Shown here piece after piece: positions 13,256-25,171 of a DNA stretch of 64,000 bases (positions are counted from its first letter, which is position 1; each line of letters begins with the position of its first letter). The notes beneath the pieces were generated by a model. It was given only the letters and a program-made list of their open reading frames with translations, made no database searches and was not told the origin of the DNA. The DNA is from Lama guanicoe (taxonomy: Eukaryota). Made by a program: the position numbers and the translations under genes. The stretch covers positions 2,744,283 to 2,808,282 of the forward strand of contig MU053561.1 in assembly GCA_013239625.1 (NCBI GenBank), in the 5' to 3' direction.

Positions 13256-13769
13256 TGTTGCCACCCGGATCTAGTAGGGCCCCCTTGCCCGGTGTGGTTC
13301 GGGGCAATAGAATAAGACTGAGTTTGGTTCAGAGGCAAAGCAAAGCTTTGGTCTTTGATCAGAGGATGGAGAGGTGTGAGCTGAGGTACGCTAGTGTCCA
13401 TGCTCTCCCCAAGAGGTCGGGGGCAGAGCTGCTTCATAGGGATGGGGGAGGGGCGGCGCTCTAGCGGGCGGCGCAGGCGTGCTGCTCCCGCTCCAGACCG
13501 CAGTGCGCAGCGCGGTGCCTCTGCACACGGCCAGCCGCCGCCATCTTGAATTGCAGTGTCGTGGGCTTTTGCACGCGGCGCCGAGTTGAGGCGTCGTCGC
13601 GGCCACTGTGCGCGGGGAGCTCTGGGCTCAGGGGCCCGTGCAAGGCCTCTGTACGGGCACTCTTTGAGCAAGTGAAGCTAGACTGAGCACAAAGGAAAAA
13701 AGGTTAGACTTTATTATCCACATTCTATTTTTATTCCCGGGAATTGTTAATGGGCTTTGCCAGTGAACA
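13256..13769 (-). mobile_element. 3' LTR of the ERV1 provirus, CpG-rich
   Basis: TGTT...AACA termini. A purine-rich tract (ggacaaaaggcagaggaatgg on the minus strand) lies just before 13769. It interrupts L1-like sequence at 13255 and sits at the 3' end of the pol/env remnant. Confidence 0.7.
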
Positions 13770-14200
13770 AACCATTCCTCTGCCTTTTGTCCTGCTCCTC
13801 ATTTGAGGGGCGCTGAGGGGAGCAGGTTCGACTTCTGTAACCACTTCCTGCTGATGTGGGGCATTGCCGTAACCCCCGGAGAGAAGAGCAGGACTTTGTC
13901 CGGCTGCCTTTAGAGGCGTTTGGTTGTCCAGGCCTCAGCCCTGACTGTTCATATCCCTGAGCGGCCACCATCCTTCTAAACTTTTGGAGACAAAGGTGAA
14001 AAACAAAGGTGTGTAGGGCTTTGGTCTGTAGGCACAAGCGTGCCCTGGTGTGGAGGCTCACTGCCACGGCCTGAGTAGCCCTGGTCACACTTTTGCTGTT
14101 TTGGGGGAAGAAAAGATTCAGCTCAGAGAGAGGTTCACACGATTAGTCAGGGGCAGGGAGGGGCCTGTTCTTTGCCCCAGTTGTCTCTCTGGAGGTTGGG
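13770..14200 (-). mobile_element. Short, largely deleted env remnant of the ERV
   Basis: Lies between the integrase end and the polypurine tract. FVFHLCLQKFRRMVAAQGYEQ resembles a gammaretroviral TM cytoplasmic tail. Confidence 0.5.
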
Positions 14201-16040
14201 GCTCAGCGGCCCTCTTCACTTGAGTGTGACATGCCCACAGGGAGGTCCCCTGCAACTTCAGGGCCGAATGGGAGGTTGGAATCATCAAGTGAGATCAGTT
14301 CCCCTTAGGAGTGAGCTGATCTTGCCGGCTGTGGGTTTTCCAGATTTTTAGGTCCACCCGGGCTCCTGGCTGGAAGGGGTGGAAGGCCAGGTCGGTGGGT
14401 GCAGGCAGCACCTGGTTTCCATACTGTGAGCACCTTCATGGTTTCTCCTCCCGGGAGGGCACACTTGAATCATTCCATTTCAAGGGGATTCAGATGTCTG
14501 GCTTGGGGAATGGGTCTACCATACAGGAATTCAAATGCGCTTCACTTTAACACCTCCCTTGGGGCTAACTGCATGTGGTGCAGGGCAATTGGAAGCAACT
14601 TCATCCAGTTGTCTTGAGTTTCCTGACATAGCTTGGCTAAGGCCTGTTTCGAGGTCTGATTCGATCTCTCTACTTTTCCCTTTGGTTGGGGTCTCAAGGC
14701 TGAGTGCAAGGTCCATTTTACGTCCAGGGCACTCCTTACCCCTTTGCCACTTGAGACACAAATGCTGGACCATTATGCTTTATTGGATCCTGGGAGCCCC
14801 AACCTGGGGATTATTTCGCTTAGTAATATCTTAGCCACTTAAGCTGCTGTTTCAGTTCTAGCAGGGAATGCTTCTATCCACCCAGAAAATGTGTCTACTA
14901 AGCACCAAGAGATACCTGAAATTGCCTGGTACTCTCAGCATGACAGTGAAATCAATCTGCCAGTGTTCTCCAGGATATGCCCTTCTGGTCCGAATGGGCC
15001 TTATCTGGGGGCTTCTCAGGGGCCTGGTGTTGGGGCCGTTCATTGTAAAGATGGGGCATGTCTCACCTATTCAACTGATTATACTTTTCACACTAGAAGT
15101 TACCATGACATCAACTAACCAGTTATGTAGGGCTTCCCTCCCATGGTGAGCTCCTTGATGAGTCTCCTTGATGGCTTAACAAGCTGCAGTTTGTGGAAAA
15201 AGTATTGCCTGTGTTCATTAACTAGCCCCCCATGACCTCCTAGATCCCTCCTGAAGCCCCATTTTCGGGCTTTGACTAATTCTTCCTCTGTGTTGTTGGG
15301 GGAATCATTGGATGGATCTGGCCTTTGCAGTATGAGGGATAGGTGCCAAGTTACTGGTTCTAGGCAGTTGTGTCTACCTTGTTGTTTCCCTTTATTATCT
15401 CGGCATCTTCCTTTTGGTGACCCTTACAATGACTCACTCCCACCTTTTTTGGGCAGCTGTACTGCTTCTAAGAGCTTCAATATGCTTGAACCATGTTTCA
15501 CCTGGTTATTCTCCCCAGTAAGCACACCTCTTTCCTTCCAAATAGCCCCATATGCATGTAGCATGGCATATGCACGTGGGGAATCTGTATTAACATTTAA
15601 GATCTTACCTGTCCTGAGCTCTAAGACGTGGGTGAGGGCTAGCAGCTCCACCTTTTGGGTAGAAGTCCCTGGGTGTAGGCTTCTTGTTTCTATGGCTTGG
15701 GTCTGGGTGATTACTGTGTACCCCACCAGCCTTTTCCCCTTTTCTCATAGAAGTGCTCCTGTCTATGAACCATTCCTTTTCATCCTTTGGAAGAGGCTCA
15801 CTTCCTAGATCAGGGTGGCTGGAACAGAATGTGTTTATGGTTTCCATACAGTCATGCTCCAGGGGCCCTGTTTCTGTGGGTAGCAGGGTGACAGGATTTA
15901 GTGTGTGACATGTTTTTATGGTAGCCACTAGGTGGTCTAAAAGTATAGCGTGAACTTGAATCGACCTTCCAGGGGATAGTCATTCTGTCCCCTTACAACT
16001 TACTAAAGCCTGAATGTGGTGTGGAGTGCATCTAGTGATT
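14200..16040 (-). mobile_element. pol: Degraded class I (gammaretrovirus-like, ERV1) pol: tether, RNase H and integrase
   Basis: ORF fragments LNPVTLLP...EWFIDRS, GTSTQKVELLALT...NVNTDSPRAYAMLHAYGAIWKERG (RNase H), PGEHWQIDFT...YLLVL / VDTFSGWIEAFP (integrase core) and HPFQPG...LKIWK...SALKLQG (integrase C-terminus). Many frameshifts and stops; gag, RT and 5' LTR absent. Confidence 0.93.
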
Positions 16041-16049
16041 GGCTTTAAA

Positions 16050-17880
16050 AAAAAAAAATTACAAGCATATGCTGAATTTAATCGAGATAATCATATGGCT
16101 TTTCCTATTTCCTCTGTTAATTACATTTATTAATTTTTGAATGTTAAACCAATTTGCATTCCCAAATAAACCAAACTTGGTCATGATGTGATACCTCTTT
16201 TATACTTTGCTGGACTTGGTTTGCTAATATTTTGTTTGGGATTTTTACATCTGTGTTCATAAGTGAGATAAGCTTAATATTTTCCTTTCTTGTTATGAGC
16301 TAGCCAAACATTAGAATCAAAATTATGTTAGTCTTACAAAATGATTTAGGGATTATTCCCTGGTTTTCTGTTCTCTGAATTTGTATAATGTTAACTTATT
16401 TTTTTTCTTCTTCCTTCAATGCTTGGTAGAATTTGCTGGTGAAATTATCTGGGCCTGAAGTTTTCTTTGGGAAGATTTTCAATTATGCATTCAATTTCTG
16501 CAATAATTTGCAATTAGTGGAATTTTTCTTTCTTTTGGTAGACTGTATTTTTCTGGGAATTTAATTATTTCATCAAAAATTTCAAATTTATTGGCATAAA
16601 GTTGTTCATAATATCTTCTTATTATCTAATAATTTATCTTAAATTCTTTCGGGTTCTTCTACAGGAGTTCAGAGAAAGGTGGAGAGTGAAGTCAGGGTAT
16701 TTCTCCCTGGCTCCCTCCCAATAGTTATGTCACCTTTTTCATTCCTGACATTGTTTACATATGTCTTCTCTCTCTTTTTTAAAAATCAGTCTTGCTAGTG
16801 GTCTAACAATTTTGTTAATCTTTTCAAAGAACTGACCTTTGATTATATTGACCATCTCTATTGCATATTTGTCTTGTATTTCAAGAATTTCTGCTCTTAC
16901 ATTTATTATTGTTTGCTTTTCTTTCCTTGGGTTCAGTTGGCTGGATCTTTTTCTGCTTTCTTGGGATGAGTGTTAACATTTCCTCTTTTCTAATATATGC
17001 GTTAAGAATTACAAATGTCCTTCTAAGAATGGTGTTAGCTTTGCCCAACAAATTTTGAAGTGTATTATTATTATTATTTAGTTCAAAATACTTTATAATT
17101 TTCATTGTGGTTTCATCTTTTATCCATAGGTTATTTAGAATCAAATTGCTTAATTTTCAAACATTGGGGAATTTTTCTAGCTTTATTTTCATTATTGACT
17201 TAGTTAAGTTGGTTGTGACTAGAGAACACTTGCTGCGATATTTCAGTTCATTGAAACTTGTTGAGATTTGTCTTATGGCCAAACATATAATCAGTTTTTC
17301 TAAATGCTTCATGTGCAATTAAAAAGAATGTGTATTCTGCAGATTTTGGGTGCAATGCTCTATATATGTTAATTAGGTCAGTTTTGTTGATACTGTTTTT
17401 TCATATATTCTAAGCCCTCTCTATTTTTAAAAAATCTTCTTTTTCTATCAATACTGAGATAGGGTGTATTAACTTTTTCAACTATCATTGTGAATATGTC
17501 TATTTTTTCTTTTATATATGTCAATTTTTACTTTACACATTTTGAGGCTATTTTGTAGCTGCATGCAAGCTTAAAATTTTATATCTTCCTGGTAGATTGA
17601 ATCTTTTATCATTCTAAAGAGTACCACTTTGTAGCTAGTAATGCTTTTTGCTGTAACACTCACACTGTGTAATTTTAACTTAGTAATACTAACTTTTTTT
17701 TAAATTAGTTTTTACATAGCATATTTTTTTTCATCTTTTTCCATCCAAACTTTCTGTAGCCTTAAGTTTAGGCAGTGTATCTAAAATACTTTATTAAGCC
17801 TGACTATCTTCATTTTCTTAATTGAAACGCTTGTTCTGTTTAATGTAATATATTCTGGTATATTTGTCCTGCCACCTGTA
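16050..17880 (-). mobile_element. Old L1 (L1M) ORF2 fragment
   Basis: ORF 16881-17144 LNNLWIKDETTMKIIKYFELN...QNLLGKANTILRRTFVILNAYIRKEE is typical L1 ORF2. T-rich + strand. Confidence 0.9.
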
Positions 17881-18127
17881 TGTTCCTTTACAACTGATTA
17901 CTGGATAGTTTATACATATATTTGTGTACTATTTAAATGTATTGCTTACGATATATTTTACTCTCTGCCCCCATGTTCTCACTCCTGAGTCATTTTGCAT
18001 AGAATTCACGCACAGGTCTATGAGGCCACGCGTGAGGATGTACCTAGTAGTATTGTGGCAAGAATTTGGAAGCAACTGTGGAAGCAAAACTGCTTTGTTC
18101 TTATGCAGTTAGGACAGTGTGCGTCAC

Positions 18128-18569
18128 CTCCCACTATCTCAGGATGGGACGTTTTGCACGCTGAGACAAACAGCAATAACAACAACTGTGGCAAATGTCA
18201 GGTTTGCCTGTCTAGTTCTGTTCTCCAAAATAAACGGAAGCCATAAGCATATCCCATTTGCTACTGACTGACTAAAGGAAACAGCTCTACCCCTGACTTT
18301 GTCAGTGCTGATGTCTGAAGGCTGGTGATCACCTTCATGGATAGGAAAATCATACGAAAAGAACAAATGGTCTTTTCCCACCATGAACAGGAGAATGAGA
18401 ACTTGGTAACATCGCTCACACTGTACCTTTCCCTTTAGATACCTCCTGTGGTTTTTATTTGAAGAACCAGTTCTTTTAAAGGCTGACTCCTTAGTACCTC
18501 TTCGCATGCCAACTTCTGCTTTTCTTTTCTAAATAATCTTGTCTGAGTCTTCTTATACAACTCAGATTT
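18128..18569 (-). pseudogene. Exon pair D of the candidate gene: 18427-18569 and 18128-18271
   Basis: aaaaacag|...AAAG|gtacag, then tttcctttag|...GGAG|gtgacg. Phase 2 junction is consistent, with one stop per 47 codons in each exon: KSELYKKTQTRLFRKEKQKLACEEVLRSQPLKELVLQIKTTGGI*RE-SQSVANGICLWLPFILENRTRQANLTFATVVVIAVCLSVQNVPS*DSG. Confidence 0.4.
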
Positions 18570-19434
18570 CTGTTTTTAGAGAATAAGTGGGTAAAATGTG
18601 GGGAAAGCAAACCTCAGGACACTGCCAAGAAAGCTGGAGACACATACAATACACAGATATTTTAAAATATGATGCTAAGTTAAAACCAAAAAACACGATG
18701 TAAATAGGATTTCAATGTTCTAATTTACTTCCTCCTCACAGCAATTCTAGATATAAGCTTCATGAAGGCAGGAATTTTGTACCTAGAACAGTGCCTGGCA
18801 CATGCAGTCCCTCAGTAAGTACTTGTGAATCTTTATTGAATGAGTCTTCATTTTGGAATCATAGGATGGAAGCACCAACGGTTAAGTAACTTACATAGAG
18901 TCACCTGGGGAGTGAGTGGCAGAGCTGGGATTCCAGCCCACACTCTCACCAGTGCACTCAGAGTCTCTAGTGAGAATGGTAGAGCTCCGTGTTGTCTGCA
19001 TATGTTAAAAACACACAAACACAAAACAGTACCATTGTTTTTTTTTTAAGTAACACAAATTTAGGTACTTGGGCAAAACAGGTTTGAGTGTGTGTGTGCA
19101 TATGATGGAGGAGAACTGGGATCAGTAACAAAGGGAAGAGAACAAAATAAAACACAGAGGGGCCTTGTTCACAGTGAAGATGATACTTGTAAGTTGAGCA
19201 GCAGGCATAACTCAACTTCTTGCACCTGCAGCTCCGAAATAAATAAATAGCAATTTTATAGCAACAACAATAATAAATAATAATAACGATGATAATGATG
19301 ATAAATGATGAAAGGAGGTGAGAAAGTAGAGATAGTGGATAAAAACAATTCTTCCAAAAATCTTGCTCTGAAGGGAGCAATGAATGAGTCAGTAAATGAA
19401 AGGCAATGAGGGTTCAAAGGAGATTTTCTTTTTC

Positions 19435-20245
19435 TTAAAATAACAGCTTTATTGGGATATAATTAACATACCATACGATTCACTCATTTAAAGCACACAA
19501 TTCTGTGGGTTTTAATATTTTCACAGAGTTGTGCAACCATCACCACAATCAGTTGTAGAAGTTTCTTATGATCCCCTCAAAAAACCCCATTCCCAGCAGC
19601 AGTTGCTTCCAATTTTCCCCAACTCCTTCACCCCTAGGCAACTACTAATCTACTTTTTAAAAAAATCTCTATAGATTTGCCTATTTGGACATTTCATATA
19701 AATGGAACCATATAATATGTGGCCTTTCATGGCTGGCTTCTTTCACTTAGCATAATTTTCAAGGTTCATCTGTCTTGTAGCGTGTGTCGGCAGTTCATTT
19801 ATTTTACTGCCAGATAATATTCCAAATATGCCACATTTGATTTCTCCATTCATCAGTTGATGGACAATTGAGTTGTTTGCACTTTTTGGGTCTCATGAAG
19901 GATGCTGCTATGAAACATATACAGGTTTTTGTGTGAACATTTGTTTTCATTTCACTTGGGTATATATCTAGGAGCAGAATTTCTGGGTCATGAGGCAACT
20001 CTACATTTAGCTTTTTTTTTTTTAAACTGCCAGAATGTTTTCCAAAGTGGCTGCAACATTCCCACCAGAAGCGTGGGAGAGTTCCAATTTCTCCACATCC
20101 TCTCCCACACTTATGATCCTTCTTTCTGATTACAGCCAACCTAGTAGGTGTGAAGCAGTATGTCATTGTGATGTCATTGTGGTTTTGATTGGCATTTCCC
20201 TGATGGCTTTTGATACTGAGCATCTTGTCATGTGTCTTTTCCTCT
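19435..20245 (-). mobile_element. L1 (L1MA/MB-type) 3' end inserted into an L2
   Basis: ORF 19804-20277 carries L1 ORF2 C-terminal motifs (FTPTRLAVIRK, ELPHDPEILLLDIYP, CPSTDEW), followed by a typical 3' UTR. Confidence 0.9.
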
Positions 20246-21650
20246 TTAAAGATGAGAGAAACAAAAGTGTGCTGCAAATGGCTCGGTGGAGGGAGAACTT
20301 GATAACCCAGGAGATACTGGGGAATCTCTGCAGGAGAAGGGGAGAAGAGGAGTGGGGTCTGGACCTCAAGCCAAGGGACTGGCTGATGAGAGGAAGGATA
20401 CTTCCACCCACCTAACTGGCCTGAAGAAGCGAGGCTGGTGGGAAGGCAGGTAGGGTGCTAGATGTGGTGATGGGAGGATGAGAGCATTCCCATCCGAAAG
20501 CTTCTGTCTTCTCAATGAAGTATGAGGTGAGTTTATCTGCTGAGAAGGTGCAGTGGCAGGAAATGTGAAAAGTCCAAGGCAAGAGCAAGAAGATATGAGG
20601 TAGTCACCCCAGACGGTGGAAAATGGTAGTCATGCTGGGTGGCTTTGAACACCCCAGGTCTGGGTGTGGTCATAAATGCTAAGTGCACAGTCAGCCTGGT
20701 GTCAGTTCTTCTCTAGAGACATTTAGTGGCTTGGGCACATGTGGAGAGAAGCAATCATAGAGTTTTGGTCAGAGTGAGGGTGTTGTCAGGAGGGAAGGGA
20801 ATGGAGAGGATTTCAAGGGAGTGTTTATCAGGATGGGCCCTGGGATCTAAGCTGGATGAGGAGAGATGTGAAGACAGGAGGGGCTGTTGAAAAGTGAGAT
20901 GCAATGTGTCTCAGTGTCACTGGAGAATTGTAGCCAAGAGGGTACTAGAGCAGGTGGACTGGAAGGACAGGAAGTTAGTTGAAATTTTTTTTATTTATGT
21001 CATTTCTAAGAGCAGTTTTAGATCCACAGCACAGTTTGGTTAAAAGACAGAGAGTTCCCATATACTCTCTGCCCCCACATATACATAACCTCCCCCGCTG
21101 TCCACATTCCCCACCAGACGGTACATTTGTCGCCATTGATGAATCTGATCTTTTTACAGCTGATCTTTTTACTGTCTCCTTGGTTTTGCCTTTTCTGGAT
21201 TGTCATATAGTTTGGATCATGCAGTATGTAGCTTTTTCACATGGGCTTCTTTCACACAGTAATACACACTTAAGTTTACTCCGAGTCTTTTTATGACAGA
21301 GTTGGGATATTTGAAAGGGAAATTTCAGGGCTGGTGCAGTTCTTGGTGATGACAAGGTCCGAGGTAGCTGCAGGAATCAGTGGCTGAAGTGGAGTGAAGG
21401 AAAATGTTGTTGGAGGCGAACAAATGGAGGAACTCAGAAGCCAGATTGTTGGCTGAGTCATCCCCTCGGTCCTAAAGGAGTCAACCATCCCATTGTCTGT
21501 CAGCCATCCTGGGGAAAGACAATGTCTGAGGCAAGAAATGGGGCTGGAGTGGGACGAGCAGAGCAGCTGTCTCCTTTCCCTGAGCATCAAGAGGTAGAGC
21601 CGAGGGCCTTGTGAAGGGTGAGGGGTAAGAGGCTCGAGGTGCACTGTGAT
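20246..21650 (-). mobile_element. L2 LINE remnant, interrupted by an L1MA 3' UTR piece at ~20985-21295
   Basis: Purine-rich antisense L2 pattern. ORF 21291-21644 ends in DLVITKNCTSPEISLSNIP, resembling the L2 endonuclease region. Confidence 0.65.
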
Positions 21651-22301
21651 TTCAAAGCTCAGATGTGGGAAGAGAAAGGTTGGCTTCTTCCTGAGTGAAG
21701 CAGGCTGGAAAGGAGGGCAGAGGGATGTCCAGTAAGACTACCTCTGGGTTCTGTGATCCCCTACACCTAGCATGGGCATCTATATTAGTTTTGTGGGTGC
21801 ACTGATGCCCTTGGCCTCAGCTTTGGGTGGAGTCGGTTAAGTGTTATCAGTCTGGTATTGCTGTCACAATAGGGAATCGAGGGAGAGGCCTGCACCCAGC
21901 TTGAGGGACTGCTGTGCCAACCAGGGAAGAACTTCCAGGAGGGTTCTCAGGAATATATGAGGGGAAGCATAGGGGAAAACAAGTTTCCTGTAGTCAAAGG
22001 GGGTTAGACTGGGTTTCACGACTTGTTGTTAAATAGAAAGGTGACATTTTTGTTTAGACAAATGCTGGCCAGGCACTTACACTTCTGTGACCCTGGCAAG
22101 CAGTCAGTCTGTGCACCACCACAAACACCTGCCCTCTCCTTGCCCATCCCCACTCAGTTTACCGCCCTTTCCCACAAGGCTTCTCTGGAAGTTCATTTGT
22201 ATGCCATTTCCCCAGTGTACCCTTCCTGATGGCCCACCTTGGATATGGCTTGACATGCTTACTCTGTGGCCCTGTCCTCTGTGTTCATGCCCAACAGCTC
22301 A

Positions 22302-22477
22302 GCATGAAGAGACCCATGCCTGCAAGGACCTGGGCATGTGAGGGCCCAGGTGTGCAAGCACTAGTGTGTGCACAAATCTGGGCGAGTGAGGACACGGGTA
22401 TGTGAGGTCCTGGGCATGCAAGGACCTGGGTGTGTAAGGACCTGGTTGAATGGAAACCAGGTGTGTGGAGACCCAGG
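22302..22477. repeat. Degenerate 16-bp minisatellite, about 11 units, consensus near G(C/T)(A/G)TG(C/T)AAGGACCTGG
   Basis: Units gcctgcaaggacctgg, gcatgtgagggcccag, ..., gcatgcaaggacctgg, gtgtgtaaggacctgg. Confidence 0.85.
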
Positions 22478-25003
22478 ACACAGAAACCGTGTCTGCTCAC
22501 CATCTGTGATTCAGCTCCCCACGCCTGCAAACTTCTGAGAAGAGCCGCAGGCAGGGGTGCTCTGCACTGAAGGGGCAGGCCCAGGGTCAGGAAGTGGCAT
22601 CTGCTCTTCACTGTAAACTATCACACGGCACTTTGAACAAGGTTTATGGCCTTGGCTTGGTGCCAGCCTTCTGAGGTCTCAGGCTGTAAATTATCCCAAA
22701 GCTGTTGATCCTGCTGGTGGGGCCGAGGCCGTCCCTCAGGGCCGGTAAGGGAGGAGAACAGAGCACTGTGGACCCCCTCCTCCCCCTCCTCCTTGTGTCT
22801 GTCAAAATCACATAAAGACGAACATTCTGAGTGGCCTTGTTGGGAAGAGAAGCCTCACAGGGCTGTGTGATTTGCAGTTGGGCTGTTTTGGAGTGACGGC
22901 AGGAGTGGAGAGAGAGGAAGAGGGTCCTAATCTTGCGAAAATTTGACAGCAGCCAGGTCTATTTTTAGCTTCTGCTGGTGGGGCTGGCTCATTCTTCCTC
23001 TTCTACTCCTAGCTCGGTCTCTCAGGCTTGCGGGTCCCCTCAGCCAGCTCTGTCCACAGGACTGTCCTGTGGTTTCCCCCACCCAGCATGCCCCACCAAG
23101 GTGGGAGAGAGGGTCTGAGGCAGTTTGGAGTCAGATCTGCTGAAAGCAGAGTGGAGAGAAGGGAAATGGTGGATTCTAGTGTAACAGGGAAGCAGGGGAG
23201 GACGGAGCGAAGTGCTGCATAAATCTGCATGGCTAATGAAGTCAGGACAGAGCCGGCTGAGCCCCGGGACACCAGGTCCAGGACAATGGGGAGCTGTGAA
23301 CTCGAGGGGAGGAACACACAGCCGGGGAAATCCTCTCTGTCATTTGGGAGTAAGAGGAATTGGGAAAGGAGGGTGCGCGGAGGGCAGATGTGATTTTCTA
23401 ACAAGAGAGGGAACAATGAGGTAATTGTCAGCCAATCAGAGTGAAGAATGGAATTTGAACCGAGGAAAGGGAATAGAAAAGACCCCTGGGGAATTGAGAG
23501 TGAGTGAAGAGCAGGAAGGCCGGTCAGGGGCCTGTGCTGCTCAGGGTGAACCTTTATGCTCCAGATTTCCCTTTGTGCGGTTTTCACTGTGCTAGGAAAT
23601 GTCCCCATGGGGCAGAGGGATGGCCCTTGCTGGGAGGTGGCCCTTCTCCTTACAGGCCCTTGCCTTCCTGAATCCTGGCTCACAGGCAAGGTTCTTGGCT
23701 GAGCCTGTCCCTCAGCAGGTGGCTTCCCCCTCCCTCACCTTGGCCTCCGTTTCTCAAAACACTGACCCACCAGCAGATGGGACATTGAGATCCTCTGGGA
23801 ATCCCACCCTTCACATCCTTGGCAAGTGGCCCTCCGGCCTCGACTTGAGGACTTCCAGAAACAGGGAGCACATTACCTCCCAATGCAGCCATTCTAATTC
23901 TGGCTTATTTTTAGCAAGTTACTCTTTTATATCATGAGAAAAGATCTATCTCCCTCTAACTAACCCTGGTTTTACATCTTAGAGTCACACAGAACACATC
24001 CGATCACTGTCTAATACGACAGCATTCCAACATGTAAACATTTGTAGGATTGCTCTCATTTCCCAGGAAGTTTTCCAGAAAGTTACCGTTCCTTCACTCC
24101 TATCTCTCAGAAGCACTTGCCTTCTGAGTTGCTCTCCCTCGAATATGCATCCATTTTTTACTTAGTTACTCTCTTCTTTATTCATAACCTCAACTTATTT
24201 TCAAAAGAGCAAAGCATAAATGATATGGCAGGATTATGAAAGCAATGGAGATGTTAGTGAAGGGAAGATAAATGCAGGAAAAACTGATCCAAGGCAAATG
24301 TAGTACATAGACATATGCCATGCAGTTCTCTGAACTTGGCTAGATGTAGTCCCTAAATTTGCCTTTTGAACTTCCTGGCAACCAAAGCAAAAAAGGGAAA
24401 TATGGGCAGTTATACAATTCAGTGTCCTTTAAGAGCAAATAGGAAACACAGCTATGTATGTCTGGATCTGGAAATGAAAGAAAATTTTCTGAGTCCTCCT
24501 GAAGAACACACCCAGTAATTTTCTTATGATAAACTCAATACCACATGCTGTTTCTTAGAAAGTCATCTCTCAGCGTATATCTAAGTCTTAACTCCAAAGC
24601 ACAACTTCAATAAAAGCAGGCACTCTAGTGTGCTAATGTGCCTCTTAAAATACAGCAACAAGATTTTTTGAACTCAATCTGACCAAAGAAAATGGCAATG
24701 AAATATTTCTGCCTGTTTTGGGAAAGCTATATTTCTGTTAATGCAGCCTGCAGTTGCATTAGCTTTTTGGGTAGTGTCATCGTTATTGACTCTTCATTAG
24801 CAGCCTACTTAAACTGATTCCTGCCACTGTGACAGGAACTGAATTTAAGCCAAGCTGTCTTTATCTTTCACTTGTGCAATTGATTTTTCAAAGTTAAGTG
24901 CAGGACTATACTGTTTATCACTACACAATTCCATCTTGTTAGAGTCACTCACATTTGTTCTATTCATTGATAGTCTTTGATTTGGATTACATCAGCCAAT
25001 ATA

Positions 25004-25171
25004 CTGTATTTCATCAAATATAAGACTCTTTTCATTGTAAGATGCACCATTTTAAAAAAAGTTACCACGAAGAAGAAATCCTGCTAATTAAAGTATGACA
25101 TGCAATTGATTGTGTGATGCACCTGATTTTAGACATGTTAGGATGTACATCTTAGACTTAGTGAAGTATGG
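25004..25171 (+). mobile_element. MER104-like (TcMar-Tc2) MITE; a second copy in the opposite orientation at ~56468-56657
   Basis: Terminal inverted repeats ctgtatttcatc...gtgaagtatgg flanked by TA. Confidence 0.75.

Noticed and set aside
15272..15808. 178-aa + strand ORF
   Set aside because: Antisense to ERV pol; a shadow frame.
14200..16040. Domesticated or functional retroviral gene
   Set aside because: Multiple frameshifts and stops, a degenerate RNase H catalytic motif (DRS for DGS) and env almost entirely deleted.
22302..22477. Repeat arrays as CRISPR-like (also 45895-46020 and 46775-46965)
   Set aside because: Mammalian DNA, tandem units without unique spacers, no cas genes.
23009..23689. 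Longest ORF in the track (226 aa)
   Set aside because: Non-ATG start, no recognisable domain, composition typical of chance ORFs in GC-rich DNA.
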